Below, piece by piece: positions 51,086-63,858 of a stretch of DNA of 64,000 nt. The notes under the pieces are model-generated. The model was not told where the DNA came from. It saw only the letters and a list, made by a program, of their open reading frames with translations, and searched no databases. The position numbers and the translations under genes are program-made. Source of the DNA: Callorhinchus milii (Eukaryota); the NCBI RefSeq assembly GCF_018977255.1, contig NW_024704743.1:114268001-114332000 (forward strand). The letters run 5' to 3'. Position 1 is the stretch's first letter, and the number at the start of each line of letters is the position of its first letter.

Positions 51086-52854
51086 ATTGAACAATTATCT
51101 TTTGTGTCCAAAACAAATGTATTCTTCACATGTCTCTGCAATTTTTATTGTATCTAATTAAATACATGTTTGCAATCCCTGGAGCTAAATACAATGGCTG
51201 GTAAATGTTCAAGTTAACAGTCTTCACATATCCACATGCCCCAAAGGCACAGTGGCGTCCTGATTGACCCTTTGCTACAACATGAGTGTCTGCTGGGAAT
51301 ATGAATGTGCTCTGGCATCCTTAGGGTCTGTAATACAATTATAAGCCACTTTGCTGGCAGTTAGACTAAAAGTGATTAGAATTCAATCATTTCTGGTTAT
51401 TAATTTTCTCACTTGGGTCACGATCACCGCAACTTTAATACTTTAATAGCAAAAGGGGGAGGGAGAGATAAAGAGAGAAAGGAAAGCTTCTTTTCAAAAC
51501 CTTGCAAACCTTATTGACCTCTACGCTACTGTGTGGCCCTAATTCTCAGTGTTTTATTTCACTCAGTTTCTTTTCGGGCTGAGCTTGACAAAAATAAATA
51601 AATTTGTTCATTTAACTCGAAGGAAGGTCAATACTCCTTGAGCAGAATTAGCCCATCAGACCTCTCAGAGTTAATAGGAGGGTGTCACCTGGTTCCTCTC
51701 CAGCAGACCATGGGCCAGTAGTCAGATATCAGATAATCTTTCATTACTGTAGATGATAGTTCCCCAATGTTCTACATTTAAAAAGCCACATCAAGTGAGG
51801 TCACCATAAAGGGGTATTATTCCCCTGCAAACCACACAGAGTCACCACACTTCACAGTAAATCACAAGATCCAAGACACAGCATTGGTTTGAATGATGAA
51901 AGCCCTTAGGCCCATCTGATCTCATCCTTCCAGAACGCCCACCCTACCAACCTCACAGCTCAGCATCAAAAGTTTTTTTTTTAAAAAAGCAGGACTCTAT
52001 GCATCAACTGTCCTTTTCCTGTGAAGCACCTTGAGACGCGCTCCCAATGTGAAAAGTGCTGTATCAAATGCAAGGATTATTACTGTTTGGGGGTGAGATA
52101 CAGGTGCCTTGGACATCAATCCCCCAAATAAAATTGATATTGACTTCATGGCTGTTTGTGGGCTTTGGATGTGCGCAAATTGGTTGCCACATTCATCCCC
52201 CAAAAAGCCAATCCACTTTGCAGTAAATCCTGTGAAGCAATTTGAGACGCCTTCCTGGCATGAAACATGAAAGCTGTATCAAATGTAAGGATTATGTTAT
52301 CTAACATGATTGCATGACTTATTGGATGAGACCATACATTTCTGCACTTGTGTAAATGGCACAGAATCTGTTCAATACGGAGGCAGTGCGCTGTGAGAAG
52401 GGGCTGACGTAAAGCTAGGCAAGGACTTTTGGCAACTTTGGGTTCTAGGTTCACTTTCACTGGCGTCAGTGAAATGCAAGAGCGATGTTGCAGGGCTTCC
52501 ACTAAGATTTATTCACTGAGCATTTAAAGTCCTGTGCAAATGGATCCTGAAACATTGGTGTCACTTTCTTCTCCACATTACCTTGTCCCCAGCTTCTCCA
52601 CGCTGTGCAGAAGCCACGCACCTGTCCTTCACTTGATGTGTGAAGGGGAGAAGGCGAGAAGTGTAATTGCAAAGGGGCACTTTGTTATGCATCATGCACC
52701 TAACTCAGTTTTGCAATAGTGCTGAAGGCAATAAAATCTTGCTAGTACACCAAAAAGATTAGCGTATTAGGAAAACTAAGCCCCGCAAAAAGAATTATCT
52801 TCTTATAATAGCCATTACCTATGTTTTTAAGATAATGTATGAGAGAGACTGGAA

Positions 52855-53040
52855 AGCGCAGTAGGTTGACACCTCTGGGACCTGAGTTTGAATACAGCCC
52901 AGAGTTTGAATCTGGGCAAGATCCCAATTGTTATTGGGCACAGACCCACAGCAAAGACTGGCTCACAATCCTCTACTAATTGGCATTCTGAGCCAAAGAA
53001 GCCATCAGATCATGTGGGGAAATGTAAAATTCACAATGTT
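52855..53040 (+). mobile_element. LF-SINE-like fragment
   Basis: cacctctgggacctgagtttgaatacagcccag and actaattggca match recalled LF-SINE motifs. Confidence 0.5.
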
Positions 53041-53185
53041 TCAGTGTGAGTATGCGGTTTTGTGTCTAATTCAAAAACATAATATATAGTCAATTCACTT
53101 TACAGTATATCTTGTGAATTGCTTTGAGGCATCTCAAAGATGTAATTAGGCACTATATCAAATGCAAGGATTATTATTATTATTA

Positions 53186-53320
53186 ATATATGTGTGTGTG
53201 CGAATACCTGTGCTTACGTGTGTATATATGTGTCTGCATGTTTGTGTGAGTATATATGTTTGTGGTGCTTGTGTGTATGTGTGTTTGTGTATAGTCTCAC
53301 ACATACAGAATATATATGGG
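53186..53320. repeat. Degenerate (TG/TA)n simple repeat
   Basis: Direct inspection. Confidence 0.85.
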
Positions 53321-54326
53321 TGGGCATGGAGACTCTTCCGTAGTTTGCTTTTCCCAGCACTGATGTACTTCACCTTGGGAAACCCTGGGCCTGATGTCAC
53401 TAATTTCTATACGACGCTCCAGTGGATTGGGGGACGCAGAGGACCCTGGCTTTGAAATGGCTCCGAGGAGACACGCTTGGAGAAGCAAGACAGCTCGGCA
53501 GTAATCCAAGGCAATTGTTAATGGTTGACCAATCTGTCTGGGTCATCAATGAAACTTTGAGGTGCAGACATAGGATGAGGGGGGGGGGGCGGGGGGGGGA
53601 AACACTAACTGCAGTTCATCTGGCCAACTCCGAAGATACATTTAAAAAAAACGAAATAATCCTACAGCAGTCTAGTTTTCATACCCTTGTATTAAATTTG
53701 TCAACAAATTTTGCTTACAAAATACATGGTCTCTACACTTTACAGTAAATTTTGTGAAGCGCTTTGAGCCATTCTCCCAATGTGAAAAGCATTATATAGA
53801 TGGAAGGATTACTATTATTATAAATGATTATGTAATCCCCTCCAGAATTTGTTGACGCAATCTGCAGCTAACCCTCCTGGGAATATGCCATCGCTCATAT
53901 TCATCATTCTCTGTGGAACATAATTAAATTTGAACTGTCTGTTCACCTTCCCTCTTTGGAGTTTGAACCTGTACCTCCTTGTTCTAGATTTGCAAAAGCA
54001 AATGGGTAGACAGACCCTGGCTGGAAAAGTACTATGAAACTTATCAGTGCTTTCTATGTTTAGGGAAATTGCCATTGTTTTGTTGAAGAGAATGAAACAC
54101 AAGCAAGTGCAAGGTCTTCTGGTGGTATGTTGAAGGCAGTCTGTAAGAGGTTAGGTGGTGTCAGTGTCAGCATTTCAGCAGATCCTTGCATTTGATGCAG
54201 TGCCTTATCATGTCAAGATGTCTCAAAGTGCTTCACAGAATTTATTGCAGTATGGAGTGATGGTGCATTTTTTTTGAGCAAACACAGCAGCCAATTTGCA
54301 CACCACAATGTCCCATCAACCAGCTG

Positions 54327-54643
54327 TAATAATAATAATAATAATCTTTGCATTTGATATAGCACTTTTCACGTCTTCTAGGCATCTCAAAGCGCTTCAC
54401 AGAATATGCTGTAAAGTGAATTGACCGTATATTTGTGGGTGAAACGCGGCAGTCAATTGCGCACAGCAGTGTCCCACAAACAGTCGTGGATTGAAAATGA
54501 CCAATTTATTATTATTGTTTCGGAGGGATTATTATTAGTCGTGTGGAGTAAGGAAACTTGCCCAAGGTTTCGCCCTGCCTGGAATTGAACCCTAGTGTCT
54601 CGCTTGCAAGACGAGTGCACTAACCACTGAGCTACAGGACTCC
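54327..54643 (-). mobile_element. SINE-A, full length, inserted in an older Deu SINE tail (from 54180)
   Basis: Complete head to tail. Confidence 0.95.
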
Positions 54644-56574
54644 GTACAGTGAATGATGTGTACACAAAGTGTAACAAAATGGAAAATTTTAAAAGCAAGG
54701 ACAGAAATTAGAGCCCCATATCCATATTGTTAAGTCTGAAGTGGAACTGAACGGTTTCGCAGTGCAAAATCGCAGCTCAAACAAGCTGGGAGCTCAGCTG
54801 TACAGACTAATGTCACATCTCACCATGGCATCAAGCCTAAGACAGCATATACCTTAGAAAAAATTTACATCTTTGTTTGCCCCACCACGATTCCCGTTTC
54901 CTTCACTCTAAGCACCACCCCTTAGGGCAGGGTGACTCAAACACATTCCCTCAGCCCCATCTACCAGCACAAAATTCTTACAAATTAGTTATTTGTTGGT
55001 GCATCCCTGTTCTCTGGTGCCAGGCAGATCTACCTCAATGTGCTGTCAGGATCTGGGCAAATAGAATGATGTGTTGTGTTGCTTTGACTGATTCCTGCTC
55101 AGTTTGAATAAATTTAATAAGCTTGGTCACCCATCGTGGTAAATTGTGCTAAACTTCGCAAATAACTACTTAAACATTAAATGCCAAAAGTTACTTCCTT
55201 GCTGGGCCTGCTGAGCGAATACCCTGATTGATTCCAACTAACCATGGGGTCTCACATGCGGTTTGAATTTTGTCATTTGTAACATATCAGTTCTGACCTT
55301 ATCCGCAGGCACAGCGAGATGGATCCACTGCCAATACCACTCTCAGCGTCAAAATCCATGAATCCCAGTCACATATTTGACTGCTGGCTTGTGGATCCCA
55401 ATGTTCAGCACCCTCTTTACCCCTGCCTGAGTGGTTGAAGCCAAGATCCTGGACTCATTTAAACAAAACAGCTTGATGATGTGAGGGGAGAACTGCAGGG
55501 CAGAAGATGAGATCAAACGGCCAACGGCCGACACAATCTTGTGTTCTGGGAATTTCAGCTGTCTGTAATATTTCTTTGTAGCTAAAGTTATTTGATGTTA
55601 GGTTTGGCATCTGAGAGTGGTGGAGGGAGGACCCAAAAAGGATTCCCTACAACTAACGGCCCACTGAAGAGGATAGAAACGGAAAGGGTGAAAAATGAGT
55701 CTTCTGATGTGAAGATCAGCACTGATGACAATGATCTTCTTGACCAAAAAAATTTGTTGCCAAAACAATTGATAGCTAAAAAAATTTAACTCAGATTGAT
55801 TGAGTTAAATTGGCAAAGCAGGAAATGCCAACCTCCACAGCTAGCTATCCAATGACAGTCGCCAGTGGTTTCAGAATCGCTTTAGTCAAAACCAATTATG
55901 ATGGTCAGGGGAGAGGAAGGGGGAGGAAGGTGTTTGTTTCATATTTGTAGCCAGTATTTCGTTATTGTCAAATCTGACAGCAATTTTTGACAACGTGATA
56001 AATACATCACTGGTGATAATTGCCACAGCACACATCGTATTTTTCACCCCAAGGTTTTAAATATTAAACATCTGGTTCTAAACATCACGCAATGTCTTAC
56101 AATGCCTAAATCATATGTAATGATTTGCCTTCTTTTTCATATCCGCACCACAGCCCAACTTTCATAATGCCTGCATCGTGCAATTTACTCGGATTATAAT
56201 GTGTCTTGGCTTTACTTTAAAATGAATACATTTTAACCTGACATTTAGTGTAGAGTCGACAGTCATCGCACACATTTTTAGCCATCTGTTTCGAGTTAAG
56301 TATATGTTGAGGTCCTTTGCCCACACTTCTACTGAAGCTTTCCAAGACAAACTGACCTTAAATAAAAGGAATAAAATCTGGAAACAAAGTAGGGTCTGTT
56401 TCCAACTTTCAATATCTAATGTGCACCTAGCACTGAGGAAGTTGGAAAGAAATCCAAATTGTTAATGTCTTAACAAACAACCAAATTGTGACATTTAGTT
56501 TAAAATAATAATTATTATTATTATCCTTTTGTAGTGTTTTATTGTAAGAATAAGCAATGGAGAAAATCCTAATT

Positions 56575-56900
56575 TAATAATAATTCTTGAATTTGGCATA
56601 CTGTAGCTTCTTTCATGTAAGGAGAACATCTTAAAACACTTCACTGGATTCACTGTAAAGTGTAGTGACTGTGTATTTTGTAGGGGGCAGCGAATTTTGC
56701 ACCCAGCAATGTCGCACAAACTGCCATGAAGTGACTGATTTTATCTTAGGGATTGCTGACCAGGACATTCATCCTCGTATATTCATCATGCTTCCTTTTA
56801 AACACCTTGATGCTTTTGATAGAGAAGCAAGCGGATAAAGCTAAGAGAAACTCTCTTCTCTTTTCAAATAGTGCCGTGGGATCTTTAACGTCCCCCTCAA
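56575..56900 (-). mobile_element. Deu-domain SINE 3' part carrying an insertion of about 77 bp
   Basis: Tail and body; caggaca...gagaaactc junction is interrupted. Confidence 0.8.
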
Positions 56901-57741
56901 TTATGAGTTCTATTTTAAGCTGAAATAATAGGTGAAGTGTCTGCCAGCTGAAATGGATAAATTGTTAGACCCAGGGACATACCCACTCTTAACAGCTGAT
57001 AGAAAAGAAATTGCTTTTGTGCTGTAAGGAATATGGTCCACATACAGCAAACAGTATCCAAATTGTAAACAGCAGAAGTGAGCCTGAAAGTAACAGAGGG
57101 AGGTAACGTGTGAAATTCACAAATAGCAAATCCTTCAGATATGTCACAGGCCGGCCCTTCAGAATCCTGCTCAGACACCAACCTTAGAGTCTGTTTCCCT
57201 GAAGCCAGGCTGTAGCCAAGGGAAGTTCCCAATGCTCGGCAGGAGATTGATGGAGATCAGCATCCATATGTGTTGCACATTGGGGTACCTGCAGGATTCG
57301 CTTTTAACAAATGACCCTCCTCCTACAGTACTCCACAATAACTGTATATAGAGGAGCAATGATAGCTCGGATAATACACAACAGCCTTGGGATCAGAGCG
57401 AGACATTCTAACTTCACCATTTTAACATGTTTCTTATAATAATACTGTAATTATTATGTCACCTTTTTTATTGTTGCTGCTTCATTACATAATCAAAATT
57501 GGCTTGCAAACCGGACATTTTACATTTCTTATCATAGCATCAAATAATTATCGCAAACCATCCAATGCTCCAGAATAACTTAGGGCATGAACAGTTCTTA
57601 ATAAGTATGTGAAGCCAAATAAATTAGATATATCTAAACTTTTTTCAAAGAAACCCACAATATAATGTTTGTTTGGTGATCCCTATCCAGTCAACTCAGT
57701 ATTGCTCTAAGGTAAATTAATGATGAAGTTGCAAACAATTG

Positions 57742-58040
57742 CATAGAATGCTACAGCTCAGAAACAGGCCATTTGGCCCGTTCATCTATACTGGTGTTTA
57801 CACTCCCACATGAACATTTGCCCCTCATAATTCCCTCTCCCATACCCCTTTATTCCTTTCTCCCTCATGCATTCATCATGCTTCCTCTTAAACACCTTGA
57901 TGCTTCAACCACAGCTTCCGGTGGGGAGTTCCTCATTCTCACCACCCTCTGTATAAAGAATTTCCTGCTAAACTCTCTTTTAGATGTGCTACTCGCTATT
58001 CTATATTTATGCCCCCTCATTTTGGACTCACCAACAAAGT
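57742..58040 (-). mobile_element. CR1 3' end
   Basis: ORF 57865-58101 RGHKYRI...RKFFIQRVVRMRNSPPEAVVEA. Confidence 0.9.
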
Positions 58041-58235
58041 GATCTTGCTTTAGGGAAAAGGTTAGTATTGGAAAGAAACGTGCATCTTGTGGCACTGCCA
58101 CCTTTAATATTACTGTAATGTAATCCTGGCCCTACCAATAAGGGAATGTTTATCAAATACTGAAATCATTTGTCATTTTTTTAAATCAAAGGAATAAACA
58201 TTTGACCTAACAACTGTGCAAAGCCAGCTTCCATT

Positions 58236-58930
58236 TAGAATACATTAGAATATACAACACAGAAACAGGCCATTCGGCCCAACTGGTCTATGCCGGTGTT
58301 TATGCTCCACATGAGCCTCCTCCTACTCTTTCTCAACTAAGCCTTCAAGCATAACCTTCTATTCCTTTCTCCCTCATATATCCATCTAGCTTTCCCTTAA
58401 ATACATCTATGCTATTTTCCTCATCAACTCCTTGTGGTAGCATGTTCCACATTCCCACTACTCTCTATGTGAAGAAATTTCTTCTAAATTCCCAATTTCA
58501 TCTATTTGTGATTATTTTATGTTGATAGCCCCTGGTTTTCGTCTCCCCCACAAGTGAAAACATCTTCCCTATGTCTACCCTATCAAAACCATTCATCATT
58601 TTAAAGACCTCTTATAAAGTCACCTCTTACCCTCCTCTTTGCAAGAGAAAAGAGTCCAATGTTCAGCCTTTCCTGATAGGTATAACCTTTCAGTTCTGGG
58701 ATCATCTTTGTGAATCTCCTTTGCACCCTCTCCAGTGCCTCTACTTCCCTTCTATAATGTGGGGACCAGAGCTGCACACAGTATTCTAAGTGTGGTCTAA
58801 CCAAGGTTCTGTAGAAGTTTACCATAACTTCCCTGCTTTTCATTTCTATCCCTCTAGAAATGAACCTCAACGCCTGGTTTGCCTTTTTATGGCCTTATTA
58901 ACCTGCATTGCTACTTTTAGTGAATTTGCA
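58236..58930 (-). mobile_element. 5'-truncated CR1 LINE
   Basis: ORF 58601-58870 YRTLVRPHLEYCVQLWSPH...LERVQRRFTKMIPELKG plus 3'UTR. Confidence 0.95.
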
Positions 58931-59744
58931 CCTCATACCAACGGAAGGTCAATTGAATACTTCCTTTTGAATACGTCCTTTTGATAGAGAGATAAGGAGA
59001 TAAAATTGTGCCCCAGTTTTAATAATAAATCATAATAATCCTTGCATTTGATATAATAATGCTTGCATTTGATATGGAGCTTTATCACGTTTTCAGGACA
59101 TCTCAAAGCACGGTACAGAATATCCTGTAAAATGAATTGATTGTACATCTTGTGGGCAAAAAAATTTAGAACAGTTGCTTCTGTAACTATGCAGGCTCTT
59201 CATCCAAAAACAGGAGATGTGGAGGTAACAGGTAATAGGCTAAATAGAAACAAAAAGGGAAGTTGTAGGTGAACTGGGTAGCTAAATTGCACACAGTGAA
59301 TGCCCTTCAAACAGCCACATGGGTATAGGTAATGGCCACCAAGGATATTATTGTAAGAACCTACAAATGAGAGGAATAACATTGTTCCCTCTGAACTTCC
59401 TTACAGCAAAGTCTGAGAAGCAGGATTTTAGCTATATTTCATAAATTTTACCATTTTATAAACAAGTGGGTCCACAAGATGTCTAATATTATTAAAAGGT
59501 TTTAACCATCCTTTAGATATTGACTGTTTCCCAGTCTGAGTCAGACGTAGTGGAGTAATGGATCTCCCTTTCCTCATTTCAATTATAGTTTAAAGATTCA
59601 ATTAAAGGCCAACAATAGAGTGAAAAAACAATCATTAATATGATCTCAGTCCTGGTTTGAGGTGATAGGTCCCTTGTGAAAATCAGATCAGATGTGATGA
59701 CATCCAAAATCTCTCAAGTTATTCAAACTATGATATCCTGTATA

Positions 59745-60052
59745 GGAGTCCTGTAGCTCAGTGGTTAGAGCACTCGCTTTGCAAGTGAGAGACCTGAGTT
59801 CAATTCCAGGCAGGGTGAAACCTTGGGCAAGTTTCCTTACTCGACACGCCTAATAATAATCCCTCCAAAAAAACAAAAGAATAATAAATTGGCCATTTTC
59901 AATCCATGACTGTTGTGGGACACTGCTGTGCGCAATTGGCTGCCGCATTCGCCCATAAATATATAGTCAATTCACTTTACAGTATATTCTGTGGGACGTC
60001 TAAAAGACATGAAAAGCATTATATCAAATGCAAGGATTATTATTATTATTAT
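59745..60052 (+). mobile_element. SINE-A, full length, short variant
   Basis: Complete; tatcctg on both flanks. Confidence 0.95.
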
Positions 60053-60159
60053 CCTGCCCCTCTCCCCAAACACTACTCACTTGCCAATACTGCCTGCTTG
60101 CCAACCCCTCAATGCTGTCCGCTTGTCACTCCCCCAGCACTCTCCATTTGCCACCTCCA

Positions 60160-60298
60160 AACAAGGTCCAATTGCTCTTCTGACAATGCAGTGTTTTCCC
60201 AGCACTGCCCTGGAGTGACAGCCTTGTCTATGAGCTCAAAGTTAGACATGGGACATGACCGAGGCGAGAGTGCTACCAACTGGACTAGGCTGACACCT
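60160..60298 (-). mobile_element. Deu-domain SINE 5' fragment
   Basis: gaggcgagagtgctaccaactggactaggctgacac. Confidence 0.75.
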
Positions 60299-60972
60299 GG
60301 GTGTTTGTACCAAATACATCCTTTTGCAACATTTAGGATTTAGTAAAATACATACACTTTCCCATTAAATTATAACAATTATATCACAGCACCAAATGTG
60401 GTAATTTGAACAAAGTTAATTGATCCACTCAGCAAAGCAAGAAATAACACAACGACAATAATTCCTCCACTGAATCCTCCAACAATTGTAATTTGTTGTT
60501 GTGGCTGTTGAATTCATAAGGAGGGATTATGGCATCTCACAATTGCGGAAAATGGAGCATGAACCCAATGGGATGTTGGCAAGATCAAGAGAAGGTGAGG
60601 GAGGGTGAGGGAGCTGTATAAACATGCCAAGAATTACCGCCGCTCTTTGGGGTGCCCTCCCTCCCTCCAGAATGAAGTTCTGAAAAGGCAGAAAGGAACC
60701 ATTATACAGGCCTCCTCCTCTTCCCAATTCATTTAAATAATAAGATGGCCATCACTTGCGACCTGTACCACGGCATGAACCAGCCCTTTCTGGAGAGGCA
60801 GGAAGTAAAAGAACCTTAAACAAATGTTCAGCATATCCTCAGGTTTGCCTCAGGCCAGACCTCAAAAACCTCCAAACCTTTGAATGATTTATCACTTGTG
60901 GAAGGTCCATTTTTCTACATCCTACAGATATTCTCAGGATTCCTCATATCAATGAACAGGCCATTAAAATTT

Positions 60973-61195
60973 TAATAATAATAGTCCTTATATTTGGTGT
61001 AGTGTCTTTCATGTCGGGAAGACATTTCAAAGCGCTCCACAGAATATACTGTAAAGTGGATTGACTGTGTATTTTGTGGGCAAATGTGGCAGCCAATTTG
61101 CACCCAGCAATGTCCCACGAACAGCCATGGAGTGAGAGACCAATTTTATTTGGGGGGATTTGTTGGCCAGGACATTGGGAAAAACTCTCTTCTCA
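60973..61195 (-). mobile_element. Deu-type SINE 3' part
   Basis: Tail and body up to ggccaggacattggga. Confidence 0.8.
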
Positions 61196-61215
61196 TAGAT
61201 ATGAGAAGCACAATT

Positions 61216-61643
61216 GGGTGTCAGTCTGGCTCAGTTGGTTGCACTCTCGTTTCCTGGTGAGAAAGATTGCTGGTTCCCTTGTCAGCACTTTGAGCTGATA
61301 GTATAGGCTGACATAACAATGCAGGGCTAGAGTTGCGCTGTATTGTTGGAGGTGTCTTCCTTTGCATGAGACATTAAACCAAGATCACGTCTGTCTGTTC
61401 AAGTGGACATTAAAAATTGCATGGCACGACTCAAAAAAAGAAAGGAGTTTTTCCCAGTATCCTGCCAAACAGTTCTCTCAGATAAACGTGGTAATTATAC
61501 TTCATGGCTATTTGCGCAAATTAGCTACTGTAATCCTCTACACAATACACAGTCACTACACTTTACAGTAAATCCTGTGAAGTTCTTTGAAACATCCGCC
61601 TGATGTAAAAGGGACTATATCAAATGCAAGGATTATTATTATT
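61216..61643 (+). mobile_element. Deu-domain SINE, full length
   Basis: gggtgtcagtctggctcagttgg head, atgagacattaaacc core, (TTA)n tail. Confidence 0.9.
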
Positions 61644-61819
61644 TTTAAGGCACTATTTTGATGGATGTAACACTCTGGACCTAATGCTCCATTTCCTTCG
61701 CTAACTATTCAGCCTAACAAAGGCTGTGATACACCTTCTTGCACATCAAAATTCATTAGGAACTTTGTCAATGGAATATCTATTCTTTTTCTCCCACCAA
61801 AAGCAACTCATGGAGCATT

Positions 61820-62012
61820 ATTATTGGGGTTTTTCCCAGTGTCCTGGTCAACAAATCCTGTTTGTGGGACACTGCTGTGCGCCATTGGCTGCTGCGTTTC
61901 GCCCACAAATATACAGTCAATTCACTTTATAGTATATTCTATGAAGCGCTTTGAAGCATCTCAATGACGTGATAGCTGCTATATCAAATGCAAGGATTTT
62001 TATTATTATTAA
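61820..62012 (+). mobile_element. SINE 3' half
   Basis: ctgtttgtgggacactgctgtgcg...atatcaaatgcaagg. Confidence 0.85.
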
Positions 62013-62279
62013 TGAAAGTCAACCTGCTTTGTAGATTCTCTTGTATTGCATGATCCATGATTTGATTGCTTTAACGAAATATAAGTATTGTTTGCTAAAT
62101 TTGTTTTTTAATTTTAAACTTCTCTCGTCCCTCCCTCTCCCCCTTTCCCCAAAGTTTCTATTCACGACATAGCTTTCCTGGCCAAGGAACCAATTGCAGA
62201 ACTTTGACCCCTACTCTTGGGAGCGCTCTCCTCACCACCTGGCTGGTTTACAGCCACTGAGGCCACTAGTCACAAGTGT

Positions 62280-62710
62280 GTTGGTTTGGGCGGTGTTTGG
62301 GCGGTGGAGCGCAAGTTGCTAATTGTGTTTTTTTTCCTGGTCTCCTAGGAAACAGGGGAAGCCTGGAAAAGGAGCCTGGAGGCTGAGCGGGAATGCGATT
62401 GTTGGGATGAGAAGGGGCAGAGCCAGCCAGAGAGATTGGCTGAAAGAGCAGCCAGAGAGAGGAGCACCTGCTGATCTATATTACAGAAGAGAGAGAGAAG
62501 ACACAGAGAGAGGACACAGAGGATCGACCAAAAGAAAAGACAGAACGAGAAAGAGAAGAAAAAAAGAGAGGAAGTAAAGAGAGCAAGGGAGAAAAAACAC
62601 AGTTAGTGAGAACTCCTCAACAGCAAGAGTGTGTGATAAAACTGTTGGAAATCGCTTTCTAAATTAAAACTAAATGTAACGTTTGCCAAATTTCCTCTCA
62701 ATGCTAAATT
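62280..62710 (+). promoter_or_regulatory. Candidate Pol II promoter and non-coding first exon
   Basis: Tandem tttgggcggtg GC boxes at 62285-62306, reverse CCAAT at 62434-62442, GA-rich tract, possible donor gtaaga at 62711. Confidence 0.3.
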
Positions 62711-63161
62711 GTAAGACAGTACTAGGAAGAAAAATAGGCAGGTGATGTGCTCCCAGGCTTCGTCAGTACCACTAGGCTGGTCACCACAGAGTATTGCAGA
62801 CACTCTCTCTATCCCCACTTCTACCCCTCGGTGTCAGAAGGCTTCAAAGTCCAAATAAGTCTTAATTCTTCCTACTTTTCCCTCCCAGGGCTGCATAGGT
62901 TCACTGAATCAAACTGTGGTAGTATCAGTTTTCCCCGTGCCTCACTCCAACACAAAATGCTGCCTGTGTTTAGTTACCCTACGGAGAAGATCATTAGATT
63001 CATATCAGCTAATTGTAAGAGTTTGATATGAATCTGATTCACAGCCCCAAGGGAACTGCCAAGGTTGAGAATTTATTCAGACAGACTCTTTGACAGAGAA
63101 ACTCTGCTTGGTTAAAGGCTGGACAGATCAGACCATTCAGCAACAAATGCACAACACATTT

Positions 63162-63537
63162 AAATAATAATAATCCTTGCATTTGATATAGCGCTTTTCA
63201 TGTCTTCTAGATGCCTCAAAGCGCTTCACAGAATATACAGTAAAGTGAATTGACTGTATATTTGTGGGCGAATCTTGAGATGTACATTAAGCAGCCAATT
63301 GCGCTCAGCAGTGTCCTACAAACACTTGTGGTTTGAGTATCCAAATTATTATTTTTTTTGAGGGATTATTATCCCCTGAAAAGCAATCCGCCGATCGACT
63401 TAACAACTGGGTTACTATTTACTGCTAGGTAAACAGAGGTGTGTCGAGTAAAGAAACTTGCCCAACATTTCGCCCTGCTGGAAATCGAACCCAGGTCTCT
63501 CTCGCTTGCGAGGCGTGTGCGCTAACCACTGGACTCC
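63162..63537 (-). mobile_element. SINE-A, full length, long variant
   Basis: Head, central ctctgtttacctagcagtaaatag segment and tail; acatt at both junctions. Confidence 0.95.
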
Positions 63538-63858
63538 ACATTGGGATTTCACATTGGGAGGACATCTCAAAGTTCTTCACAGAGCCAAATAGAAATCCAT
63601 GCTGGGTTGGTGAGTCCAAATTAGTCAGGCCTGCTCTGTTAACAATAACTGCACATTGCTCTGCCTTTCACCACTGAATTTGTGTACAGTACTGTACTGG
63701 TGTCATCTCAGTAAAACCAAAGTGTACATGCGTCAAGAGTCTACTTTCCAATGATTTCTGTTGACTCAGGAATTTGTCCATTTTGTTAACCTTAACGGGA
63801 TGTTTGTTGCGCGTCTCCTATTCTAGAGTGTTTATTTTCAGTCATTGCTGTCTTACAG

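Noticed and set aside
59745..59820. tRNA-Ala(TGC) gene (and the same sequence at other SINE-A heads)
   Set aside because: The cloverleaf-like head always continues into a SINE body and L2 tail with no oligo-T terminator, so it is a SINE head.
59906..60343. Recurrent ORFs with VGHCCAQLAAAF / KCKDYYYY peptides
   Set aside because: These are translations of the SINE body and (TTA)n tail, not a gene family.
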